61,390 nt of DNA from Lama guanicoe (Eukaryota), in contig MU054400.1 of the NCBI GenBank assembly GCA_013239625.1, positions 2,267,345 to 2,328,734 on the forward strand, read 5' to 3'. Each line of letters begins with the position of its first letter. Position 1 is the first letter of the stretch. Shown here one piece after another: positions 49,556-61,390 of this stretch. A program made the translations under genes and the position numbers. Under the pieces are notes generated by a model. The model searched no databases, was not told the DNA's origin, and saw only the letters and a program-made list of their open reading frames with translations.

Positions 49556-50959
49556 ACAGGCGGGCAGAGGGCTAGAGGTGCTCAAGAAAGAAACTGCAGG
49601 TGTGCATAGCGACAGGGAGTGCATGGTTTACTTGCTTTCACAATAAAAAACAGTGAAGATTGGAAAAACAGGAAGGTGATTCCTTTACTGGGAGCAGTTT
49701 TATTTAACTTCAGTATTATAACAAAACAGGTGCCAGGTTCAGACTCTGGAACTTAGCCTAGAAAAGAACGGTTGCCTTCCCAAGACTCGGGGTCACACAT
49801 CCCTAGTAACCCCCCTGCTTTCAGTACCCCTCTGGCCTCATGCACAGGCCCACAGTGCCAGCCTCGTCATCATTTCTGAGCTCCTAGGAATTGTGCTTTG
49901 TTGGTGATAAAGGCCTCTAAGGCTCTTTACGTCAGTGATGTATTGATTAAAATAAGAAGTGAGACTTCCTTTCTTCCTTAAGCTGGAGGAATGAAAATAG
50001 CAATATTTATTTTCCTTTTATCAAAATTAAAACAGAACTCTCAGTGTCCTGGGCCATCTAAAGACGAGTTTCTGCTTATCCTTTCCTATTGGTAAATGAT
50101 ACGGTAATTATTCAGTTCCTTCTGCCTTGAGTACTGAAATAGACAATGCAGGTTAAGTTGTCAGCAAAGGGCCTGGCTAGTAATGGCAAACATCAAAGCA
50201 AATTGATAATACTGGTAATTCGTATATATATTTCATGTAATCAGAAATGTCTGGTTAAATAAACTTCGTCCCCAGCTGCTATTTCAACTGTGAGTGGGCC
50301 AGGATTGCAACTGTGGATCTCTAGTTCTTTCTCGCTTGAATGTCTCCAGGTTGAATTGTTGGGAAGTTTTTAGTTAAAATAAAATATCCTAAGAGAGGTG
50401 GGGCTGGCCATGGAGGAATAGAGGAGAGGAGAGGGGATGGAATTGAGCTCTGCGAGAAACAGGAGCCAGGTTCCAAGCCAGGGGCGGCAGGTGTTCCTGG
50501 GAGCTTCCTCCTCCCATCACTGTCCCCACGTCCTCCTCCCACACTCTCTGCCCGTCAGCCCCAGTGACTTTGACAGACTGGTGGGACGAGTATAAATGAC
50601 TAATGACATAAGAAAAGTCGCTTGGCCTCATTATAAGCCAGAAAATGGAGATTAAAACAACAGTTAGATAATTGACTATGGGTTTTAAATAAGGGAGGGA
50701 TATGGTTAGAAAATTTCCTAAATGAATGCTCCTTGAGTAGAGTCATTATTTTAACACAGCGTGTAATTCTCTGGGTAAATCTCAGACTGAGACTTCAGAT
50801 TTTTAAAAAACACTCAAATAACAACATTATACCAACAGAAAGACATATATTTCAATAATAAAAAAAATTTTATATAATGCTGAAAACCCATGCTGTAGCC
50901 CTATGGGCTACATTAGATATATCTTCCAAAGATATTAGCTATAACTATGATTGTTGCCA

Positions 50960-51310
50960 TCTAATAGGCATCTAAATAGGGCTACTATGAACATTGGGGT
51001 GAATGTATCTTTTCGAATTAGAGTTTTCATCTTTTCCAGATATATGCCCAGAAGTGGGATTACTGGATCATACGGTAACTCTGTTTTTAGTTTTTTAAGA
51101 AATCTCCATACTGTTCTCCACAACAGCTGCACCGATTAACATTCCCTGGTGTCTCTTCTTTAAGGACTCTAATCCTATCAGATCAAGGACTCATAAGCTC
51201 ATTCAACCTTCATTAATTTCTTAGAGGGCCTTCTTCAAACATAGCCACATTGAAGGTTGAAGTTTCACCATATGAATTTTGGGGATTCACAAGCATTCAG
51301 CCCATAATAG
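50960..51310. mobile_element. L1 ORF2 fragment (minus, ~50960-51145) abutting an MLT1 LTR end (~51146-51310)
   Basis: Minus [33 protein letters not shown]; then ...ATATGAATTTTGGGGATTCACAAGCATTCAGCCCATAA. Confidence 0.8.
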
Positions 51311-52219
51311 CCTCCTATGAAAACGGTAACTACCACGCAGTCCCTGCTATATTCTAGGTTCTGTGCAGAGTTTTCTACACATTATCTCATTGAATCCTCT
51401 TGAGAACTGTATGAAGGGGATATTTTATTGTCTATATTTTACAAATGAGGAAACTGAGTCTCAGGGACGATTCAAAATTTATTCATGCCGCATGCCCTTT
51501 AGGAGTGGAGGCAGAATTTGAAGAAGAGCTGCATGACACCTACGCTCTTGCCCTTTGCATGGTCCCCCTGAGTGCTTCCATCTCAGCTGCAGCTCTGTCC
51601 TTCCCACCCCATCCCTGAGTCCGTCGTAAACCTCAGCATTCTCTCCACATGATGTATTTCTTGTGGCCTTGCATTGGCTTATGCTGTTTTCTCAGACTGA
51701 AATGTCTTTTTTCTTTTTATTTATTGTTCAAGCTTCATCCCAAGAGGCAATGCCTCCATGAAACCTTCCTATGTACTTAATTTTTTGTTGTTACTGTTGA
51801 ATCATATATGTATGAAGCCTTCCTATATATTCTGTTTTGGTTCATTTGGCCTTGTCTATATGTCTGTGCTTCCTGCCCAGCCACCCCCGCCCCAGGTTAT
51901 AAGTATTTTGAGGTATTACACATCTGTATTTTCCACCATACCCAGCACATAGTAGGGGCTTTAATAAACATCTACTGAGTGAAAGTCCAGGTGAGAGGGA
52001 GTGAAGGTGTGAACCAGAGGAGTGACAATGGAAATGCAAAGGAGAGGATGAATTGTTAAGACTTGGTGATTCTTTGGATTAGTGACTGAGGGAGGGGAAA
52101 GAGGTGAGAATGACTTGAAAGATTTTCTTGGGAAGAATGTCATTGTTATTCCAAAAGCCAGGAGATGTTGCTACTTGTGGAGAAATAAATACAGCATTAA
52201 TAGGCGCAGTGGTAGTAAT

Positions 52220-52460
52220 GACAGCAGCTACCACTAGCTAAATGTGTGAATCAGCCACCATGCCAAATGCTTATTATATATTGCTCATTTATTTCTTACA
52301 ATAAGCTTGTGAGGTGAGCACCATTAGTCCCAATTTACAGATGATAAAATGGAGGCTCAGAGAGACTAAACAAATTGCTCAAGGTAACACAACGAGCAAA
52401 CAGCAGAGCTGAGATTCAAATTCAAGTCTGATTCCAAAGCTTCGTGTCCTAAAGCACTGT
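52220..52460. mobile_element. MIR SINE
   Basis: CCCAATTTACAGATGATAAAATGGAGGCTCAGAGAG...CTCAAGGTAACAC...GAGATTCAAA. Confidence 0.8.
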
Positions 52461-54766
52461 GCCCATGAAAACTGCCTACCGATGTTATTTCATGTTCTTC
52501 AAGGGGCAGGAGGGGCAGTCTTGCCACTTCTTAACGACCATTTGTGATGTCTGAAGACTGAACACAGTTCAGTGCCATGTTAGTCCCGCATGACACAATT
52601 TCCTGCATGCAGACAGAAATTTCCCTGTCCAGCCCGTGCAGCACTGTAAAGTTATAGGCATGGACATGAGATGTCTGAGTGACGCCCCAGATGTCTCCTC
52701 TCCTTCCCTCCCTCTCCTCTCAGGTGTGTAAGCTGTTTAGCAAAACTTCCCAGAGCTTCTAGCCTGTTGCATTCATAGACTTGACCAAAGAGTATCCCAG
52801 CAAAGCTGAGTGATGTCATCTCTTCTACTTGTTTGGTATAGGCAGGGAAGAAAAGGTCCCAACATATTTTGTTAGAGTCACCAGTAAACAAATACCTTCA
52901 TTAATAGCAACATCAACAATAAGTGAGTGCGGGATAGGCTACTGCATGTAGGGAGATACCCAAGACTCAGGGTCACACATCCCTAGTAACACAGGAGTTT
53001 GCATAATGGAAGTAAAGGCTTCAGTTTGTCAACAGCAATACTTACATTAGCTCTACATCTTGGAGGAAAGGAATAAGCTGATAGGAAGTGCAAAACTGGA
53101 GCACATTTTGCAGAATTCTATAGGCAATACCCTCACTGGGCTCAACATGATTTTATTTTAAAATTTTACGTCTGAAAGTGTTTTAATTCAGCCTTATGAG
53201 TAGAAGTAGTGTGACAGTAGTGAGGAGGAGTTATAGCAGATTGCAGCAGGTAGTGGTGGAAGGTTTGGGGGATAAGACTGTCTTCTTCAAAAACGAAATG
53301 TATTGGACCTTTTCATTCTGGCAACGTAAAGGAAGAAGGAAGGATTGTGATGTTCTTCCTGTGGTATGAAAAGAGAAATGTGTAACAGATTTTCACCATG
53401 CCTACCTAGGTCAGCATCAAAGGGATTTCCATAAATGCTCAGAAACATGTTGTGCAGATGAAGACAGTAGAACAACAGAATATGACAGGAGTACTTTGTC
53501 TTGGCAGGTTTTTAAAGAATAAAGTAAATGGGAAGCCTTGTTTCCTAGATCACACAGCGAGTTTTCTTTTAGCTCTGTGTTTTTATAAATAAGTGCGGAT
53601 GTTCTTAGTTTAACTCTTATTTGTCCTATGTTCAGAAGAAGACACTTTCAACTGTATTCTCCTGTATTGGAGAATAATTTAGCATTTTCCCTCCTTCAAA
53701 GTGAAATGTGAGCTTTCAAAAAAAAAAAATCCTGCCCTGTAGTGTTGCAGCATTTTGATGTGCTTTTATATTTTAATAATTTTTACTGTAGTATATTAAT
53801 TTTGATTATAAATGTTCCCACACACATGCCCACTGGTGGTAATATTCTGTGTTTACCTTCTTGTTTGTACATTTTTTGGGGGGTAATGCATTCTGATAAC
53901 TCATTAGGATACATGGCTGGAAAATTCTCATTTTAAAGTAGAATAGTTGTTAAGCAACATTAAATTTTAATTAGAATTCTTCACTGCATTTCATTATGAG
54001 GTTATTGTGTAATTACTCAGCAGGTCCTGGTTTTCACTAATGCAGAAGTGACAGCACATAATACTGCTAAATTATTGCCACGTTGCTGGAGAAGACAATT
54101 GGAGAATGGGGAACAGATAAAGGCATTATTTAAAGAACCTCAGGGGAAAACCCAACCTCAGAACACAATCCTTATTTTCTTTTTAACTACCTTTTTCATG
54201 TCCATCTAGGGCAACGCATAGCATGTAGACCTCCTCTATCATAGGTTAAGTAGCCGACATATAATGTCTCCAGTTGCAGTTTTCACATTTGGCAGGAAAC
54301 CCTTTTCTTACAAGAGTATGTGTGAAGTGGGGCTTGGTAGATACAGTTCTGAATTGCTCAGATACATTACATGTGGGGAGAAAATAAACCTCCAAATAAA
54401 CAGCCATAAACTGAGGTTTCTAAGAAGCATTGTGCTTTCTAAATCATCATATTTTATTCCTCTTTAGTTAGGATACAGATAATTACATTATGGCCTGAGA
54501 ACATAACGCTGTTATAAATGTACCCCTACCCCCCCATAACATGGCAGGGATGTGGGGGTGGCAGTTTCCATATATGAGCACATTGAAATTCTTTTTTCCT
54601 TTAGATTTTTTTCCTTTATGCAGATCTCATAATGTTGCTGTTAATTTGATTCCTGGCTCCCTCCCCTCATTATGCCCAAGACTGCCTCTGTACACTCAAA
54701 GCAAATGGAGGCAACTTTTTTGACAATTTGGATGAAAATTAGTTTTAACAGATATTCAGATAATAG

Positions 54767-54768
<2 letters not shown>

Positions 54769-54799
<31 letters not shown>
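54769..54799 (+). repeat. (GT)n microsatellite
   Basis: About 15 GT units. Confidence 0.95.
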
Positions 54800-54800
<1 letters not shown>

Positions 54801-55029
54801 AGTTGGTCTAGTAAGGGCTGTTGTGGTGACGGGATGAGATGACACCTATGGAACAGATAGATTGTCTTATTAAATCACAGCCTCTCCTCTTCACATGCCT
54901 GTTCACACGAGAGTAGGGAGCAGACATTCTTGCCTTGTTCTTGACTTGGGGTGGGAGGTGGAAGAGCAATCAGTCTTTCATTCTTAAACATGATGTTAGT
55001 TGTAGGTCCCTGTATTATTTTGTGGGTAT

Positions 55030-55429
55030 CTGTGTTAGTTGACCAGGGCTGCCATAACCAAGGAGCACAGACTGGGAGGCTTAAACTACCTACATTTATT
55101 TCTCACAGCTCTGGACCCTGGGAGTCTAAGATCAAGGTGTCAGCAGATTTGGTTTCTCCTGGGGCCTCTCTCCTTGACTGTACATGACTGCCTTCTCTCT
55201 GTGTCCTCACATGGCCTTTCCTCTGTGTGCACACCCCTAGTGTCTCTGTGTGTCCAAATTTCCTCTTGTAAAGGCACCATTCAGATTGGATTAGGGCCTA
55301 CCCTAATCCCAATTTTAACTTAATCACCTCTTTGAAGGCCCTGTCTCAGACTATAGTCACATTCTGAGGTTCTGAGGGTTAGAACTTCCAACTGTGAATT
55401 TTGCAGGTGACACATTTCAGCCTGTAACA
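55030..55429. mobile_element. MLT1A/B/C-like MaLR solo LTR
   Basis: TGTGTTAGTTGACCAGGGCTGCCATAAC...GTCTAAGATCAAGGTGTCAGCAG...GACACATTTCAGCCTGTAACA. Confidence 0.85.
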
Positions 55430-58400
55430 GTACCTTTTATGGTTGATGAAGTTTCATTCTATTTCAGTGGCTGAGAGTTTTTGTCATGAATGAATGTTGA
55501 ATTTTTTTAAGTGATTTTTTTTTGGCATAGATTGATAGGTTTTTCTTCTTTAGACTGTTATAATAATGGATTACAGTGACTTTTTGCATATTGAACAAGT
55601 TGTTATGGTGCATTTAAAAAATACATTGCTGGATTCCATTTGCTAATATTTTGTATTTTTGCAAAAATTTTCATGCGGTGTATTGTTTTCTTTCACTTTA
55701 ATCTACCTATGTCATTATATTTGAGGTTAATTTCTTGTAGACAGCATATAATCTCATGTTTTTATTATTTCTAAATCCATCATCCATCTGGCAATCTGTC
55801 TTTTCATTGTTGTATTTAGGACATATAATGCAATTACTGATATATTTGGATTTGGACCTACCATTCTATTATTTGTGTTCTGTTTTTTCCCCCTCTGATT
55901 TTTATTCCTCTGTTTCCCTGTCCTTCCTTTTTTTGGGTTATTTGAACATACTTTAGTATTCTGTTTAATTTATGTATATGTATTAGTAATTGCTCTAGGG
56001 ATTATAAAACACATATATAACTTGTTACATTCTACTTAGAAACAATATTTTGCCATTTCAAGTGCACTGAAGTAGTAAAGGATTTAACTCAGCAGGCTTG
56101 GGAAGTTCAACCCTTGTGCATTCTAAAGGCCCTTGACCAGCTTATTGGAGATAATCTCTAAAACCTTGGAATATCCTGATAAAAGTGTTTTTGTGGACCT
56201 GGGGCTTTGGGCCTTGCCAGATAGTTTATGCTAACAATGTGATTTACGTGGGGCTTTGGACCACATTGTCTCAATTTGATCTCTGGTGGGGCTGGAGACT
56301 GAGTAACTAAGGTCAGTCAAGTGAATGTTTCATGTTTCTGTGAACAACCCCCAATAAAAATCCTGGACACAAAGTCTTGGGTGGGTTTCTCTGGTTGGCA
56401 ATACTCTGTTTGTTGTCACATGTCATTCCCGGGAGAATTAAGTGCTGTCTGTGCAGCTCTTGCACCCGGTCTCTCCTAGACTCTCCTCTATGCACCTTTT
56501 ACCCTTGCCAATTTCAATCTGTATTCTTTTGCTGTAATAAACTGTAACCACGAACACAACTTTTCTGATTTCTGTTTTTCTTTCTAGAAAATCATTGAGC
56601 CTGAGTGTGGGCTTCAGGACCCCTGACACAAAGTGGAATGTAGAATCCTACTGCTGTCTTTACGCTTGCTGCTCTGTGTTGTAACTGTCTTATTCAGATG
56701 CATATAGTGAAAACCCTATCAGACTTTGTTACAATTTTTGCTTTCAGCAGTTGCACATATTTTAAAGAACTCCAGAGGAGAATTATCTATATTTATTCAG
56801 ATATTTAACATTTCTCCTGCTCTTTCTTCATTCTTGATATTCCACGTTTCCTTCTGGTGTCATTTCCCTTTTATCTGAAGAACTTCTTTTAGAGTAGGTC
56901 TGCTGGCAAAAAATTCCCATAGTTTATCATATCTGAGATGCCTTAAAAAAACTATCATTCCTGAAAGATATTTTCACTACATATGTAATTCTATGTTGAT
57001 AGTTCTTTTCTTTCAGCACTTTAAATATGTTATTTCACTTCTGGTCTCCACGGTTTCAGGTGAAAAATCTGTATCATTTGAATCATTGTTCCCCTACAAG
57101 TAGAATATTGTTTTTCTCTACTTTTAGTTTTCAGCAGTTTTATGGTGTTTTGGGGCATGAATTTCTTTAAATTTACCCATTTGGGTTTACTGGCTCTTGG
57201 ATTTGTAAGTTAAGGTTTTATGTCTTTTGCCAACTTTGGGAAAATTTTAGCTGCTATTTCTTTAATTTTTTTTTTTCAGTCCCTCATTCTTTCTTTTTTT
57301 TTCCCCCTTCTGAGACTCCTATGACACAAATGTTAGAATTTTTAGTATTGTCCCATAGGTCCCACAAGCTCTGTTCATTATATTTTTAATGCTTTGTTTT
57401 TTTCCTATCCAGGTAGGATAAATTCTATCAATCTACCTTTAAGTTCACCAACTCCTTCTTCGGTCATCTTCATTTTGCTATGGAGCTCATTCAATGAGTT
57501 TTAAATTGTTATTGTATTTATTAGATCTAAAATTTCTGTTTGGTTGTTCTTTGTATTTTCTATCTCTTTGCTGACGTTTTCTATGTTTCTATTTGTTTCA
57601 AGAATTTTTGCCCTTACTTCTCGGAGCACTTTTGCAATAGCTATTTTAAAGTCTCTCAGATAAATTCAATATGTATGTCATCTTATTGTTGGTGTCTGTT
57701 GATTATGTTTTCTCATGTGAGTAAAAGTTTTCTTGATTTTTTTGTATGGCAAGTAATTTTGGATTGTATATTGGAAAATTTGAATATTATGTTATGAGAC
57801 TCTGGATCTTGTTTAAATCTTAAAGACAGTGTTGTTGTTTTTGTTTTAGAAGGGTATTGACACACTTGGGTTCAGGCTGCAAATTCTGTCCTGTCTTCTG
57901 TGGGTTATGGTTTCAATGTCAGTTCTATTTTCAAAGGCTTTGAAGTGCTGTTTGAGTCAATCTTGTGTGTGTACCATCCACTGGCCATTCTGGGAGCTTG
58001 GCAAGCTCTATCCCATAGTTTAGGTTTCAAAGTCTATGATGTGCTGCATATGTTATTTGGGGATGAGTCCAGGAGTTCATAAACAACTTTATCTGGTCAC
58101 TTCTCTGAGCTCCTTCCTGTCTGTAATCTCCATGTCCCTTTCCAGTCTCCTGGTTTTTCTAATCAGAAAGCTGAGGCTTTAGTTATCACAGTCTGCCAAA
58201 CAGTTCTCGTAATCACACCCACATTGGGGGCCACGTGGCAGGAGGACAGAGAGACAGAAAAGCAACAGGAGTTTACGCATCCTCTTGGGAGCAAAGCTCC
58301 CCTGATGGAAGAGAAAAGTTTCCTTCAGGCAGAGTTGTAGGCGCCTGTGGGCCCTGCTGCTGTTACTACTGCTGCTGCCACAACCATCACCACTGCCATC

Positions 58401-58790
58401 TATGTGGGACAGAATAGAGCCTGGAAAAAAAAAAAAAAAAGAAGAAATACTCACTCTCTCTGAGCGTTAGGAGTCCCCTGTCTCACTCCTGGAGCCAAGA
58501 CTAGAGGACTGCCTCTGTAGCTATCTTTGTTCATTCCCTGGTGTCCACTTCTGGGTTTGTGCACGCCTTGTGCCTGGGCTGAAAGAGGCTGATTGAAAAA
58601 CAGGAATTCTCCTATATGTTCCCCTACTGGCTGGGTGGCCCTTCCAATTCTGATCTTCTTTCTCAGTCTGTCTGGGAAATTTACTTTTCAGGGTTCTCAC
58701 ATAGTTGTTCCATGCATTCCATGTAGGTTTTATATCTCCATTATGTGGGTAAGACAGAGAGGAGTGGCCTTATTCCATCTACCTGAAACT
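55430..58790 (-). mobile_element. Diverged L1M region (T-rich on plus strand)
   Basis: TTCTTGTAGACAGCATATA, GTAGGTCTGCTGGCAA, TTCTTTCAGCACTTTAAATATG and TTGGGAAAATTTTAGC L1M hallmarks; boundaries approximate. Confidence 0.65.
56063..56630 (+). mobile_element. ERV solo LTR (MER21-like) nested in L1
   Basis: TG...CA ends, internal AATAAA at 56353 and 56536, CCTATGCACCTTTACCCTTG-type motif and ...GGACCCCTGACACA terminus. Confidence 0.7.
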
Positions 58791-59899
58791 GGAACTCTTA
58801 TATGTAACTCTGGTTTTACCTACGAGGTCCCAGGGCAAGTAACTTACCACCATGCCAGTCTTTGGGCTAAATATGTAAAATACATTTGACCTATTGGTTC
58901 TATTCCAGTGGTGCTGGAAGCCTGGGCTGTTACAGAAGGAACCTGGAAAGGAGACAACACTTACTTTCGCCCCACTACATCTGTACTTCTGTAATACTTG
59001 CCAGTGATGCCTTTCACGAGCAGTGTTGTGACTCTCGGGGTACTAACAGATTGAAGGGAAAATTGGGAAGTTGGTCAAATATGTCATGGGGATCCCAGCC
59101 TCTCCTTTCCACAGCCTTTGCCAATTTCAGTGGCCCCAGGACACTCACTTTTTCATGCAGAAGGATTCCTGCATCCTTTTATTCGAAGGTTGGATAAATT
59201 GGATCCAATCATATGTGTCCACTATTGTTAGAGAACAATGTTGAGAGGACTGTTATGTCTAAATTCAGAAGGAAATGATGCTGGTTCTACTAGTGATGTC
59301 TGGTACAGTCTGGGAAAAGGGCAACGGAAGTAGATGTTCTGTTGTATTATTTGCTAACTTTCTCCTCTTCTCATGTAAAAATCTTATCTGCAAAAAGATT
59401 TGCTATTGTCAGGTATATTTTTTTTGTATAAACTTAAGGTAATTTCCTTCCCCTACCTCACATCTTTTCTACCATTATTCTTCTCTATAATTGTGGACTA
59501 AAGGCTCCATGATCTGTTAAAGGAATTTCCAGGGTCAGTGAGCAGTTGTAGGAAACTTTTGGGGAGAGGAAAGTAATGGGTACTGGTGGGCAGACTTTCC
59601 TTGAATCCTGTCATGATTCCTTGTATATCTAGTAAGGCCAATCATGTCCATGTGTGTGTAGTAACATGGGAAGAGGGGTTTGACAGGTTCAAATCACAGG
59701 CCAGGCAGATGATATGGTGCCAGCCAGTAGGTAGAATTTCTTAGCAGGGTCAGTGGGTGCTATTCCTTTTTTTCTTCAAAAATTACTCCATTGCAAAAAG
59801 ACCCACAGCTCACAAGAGCAGCGTAAGGGGTCTTGGCCTCCAAGTAGCATGAGAAAAGCATTTGACTGGGAAGAGACTGACCTGGACATACCTGAGCCA

Positions 59900-60150
59900 G
59901 CTTAGAAGAGCGGTTAGAATGATGGGCTTTGGAATAACATACACCTGGCTTTGAATTCTGGATTTAAGACTTATGAGTTGTGAGACTGAGGGTAAGTTGC
60001 TGCTTTTCTGAGACTTTGTTTCCTCATCTGTTAAAACAGGATGACGTTTACCCACTTCCCTCTCTGAGTGATTGTGGAGACCAGCTGACTTAACTGAAAG
60101 AAGAAAATGCCTGATACAGGCAGTAGGTACTCAGTGAATGTTAGCTTTTT
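59900..60150. mobile_element. MIR SINE
   Basis: GGGCTTTGGAAT...TTTCCTCATCTGTTAAAACAGG...TAGGTACTCAGTGAATGTTAGC. Confidence 0.75.
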
Positions 60151-60986
60151 ATTATTCTGAGATCATGTGGGTGTCAACAGTCACTGCTCACCTTGGTTCT
60201 TCTGACAGGGTGCAAGCAAGGGCAAAGTCATGGGCATGACCTTTCTTTGATGGCAAAGGAATCATCTTGTCTTTCATGCTGAAACTGAATCGGTTCCTTA
60301 AATCTAATGTTACCAAAACTTACAATAATTTGCTTTTTAAAAAAAGTGCCATGTAATTCAGAACAACTTTTGATTGTGAGCCTCTTACTTTAAAACAAAA
60401 AATTCACATAAGCAAATGCTAATATTTCAAGAAAATTCTTCGAGGGATTTTAATTGACACATGCAAATGTTGTAGTTCAATTTGCATTTAAATAGGCATT
60501 CTTAATATTTCCTTTTAAAGGGTCTTTATTTTTCTTTTGTAAAACTAAAAATTGATTTCTTCTTTCTAGCAAAATGGGTGCCTACTAGGGTTCATGGTTA
60601 AGAGATGTTGTGCAGCTGCTCTTTTATTTCTCCCACTCAGTGTGGAAATAGCCTTACCAGAGCAAGGCAGAAGTGAACAACAGAAATAATATTTTTTATA
60701 AATATGCTTCTGCAAAGGATTGATCAGTGGTTTAACAGAGGTTGACATTAGCATGACATTCTCTCCATGAATACAAAATGCTGCACAGAAAATTCTCCCC
60801 TATTTACTAGTGTAGTCAGTCTTCCATCTCTGGTTTCTCCTTGATTCTCTTAAAATACGCTGCAGGGATGGGCTTTCTTTGCATTTCTTCACTCTATACT
60901 GGGATGGGAGAGTTCCCTGAAAAAGCCTCCAGTAATGGAATTTGGGGAGGAAGAATTCTCATCTAGAATTTATTGCCAAAGTAACT

Positions 60987-61390
60987 CTTTTTTTTTTTTA
61001 ACATTTTTTATTGATTTATAATCATTTTACAATGTTGTGTCAAATTCCAGTGTTCAGCACAATTTTTCAGTCATTCATGGACATATACACACTCATTGTC
61101 ACATTTTTTTCTCTGTGAGTTATCATAACATTTTGTGTATATTTCCCTGTGCTATACAGTGTAATCTTGTTTATCTATTCTACAATTTTGAAATCCCAGT
61201 CTATCCCTTCCCACCCTCCACCCCCCTGGTAACCACAAGTCTGTATTCTCTGTCTGTGAGTCTATTTCTGTCCTATATTTACGCTTTGTTTTTGTTTGTT
61301 TGTTTTTGTTTTTTAGATTCTACATATGAGCGATCTCATATGGTATTTTTCTTTCTCTTTCTGGCTTACTTCACTTAGAATGACATTCTC
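60987..61390 (-). mobile_element. Young L1 3' end running off the window edge
   Basis: Poly(T) at 60987-60999 then L1 3' UTR related to 36010-36759 (TTTCTGGCTTACTTCACTTAGAATGACA). Confidence 0.9.

Overview
Mammalian genomic DNA, probably a camelid (a tRNA-derived Vic-1-type SINE with intact target-site duplications and young L1 3' ends are present). The window is the QNG1(C9orf64)-HNRNPK/MIR7-1-RMI1 locus. It contains the first coding exon and CpG-island promoter of QNG1 (minus strand) and the complete HNRNPK gene (minus strand; 15 coding exons that I could join in frame to 464/463 aa, with alternative first exons, duplicated terminal acceptors and two poly(A) sites). miR-7-1 lies in the last HNRNPK intron. 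RMI1 (plus strand, single coding exon, 626 aa) shares a bidirectional CpG island with HNRNPK. Two processed pseudogenes (DYM, ATP6V1G1) and many transposon fossils fill the remainder. The most striking non-coding structure is in HNRNPK intron 5: a ~267-nt AG-free zone with a displaced polypyrimidine tract and an array of GCCCA motifs in front of a 44-nt frame-shifting exon, plus a candidate 48-nt poison exon. Together these suggest a splicing/NMD autoregulatory switch. Gene and repeat family names come from recognising sequence from memory; no database searches were run, and repeat boundaries are approximate.
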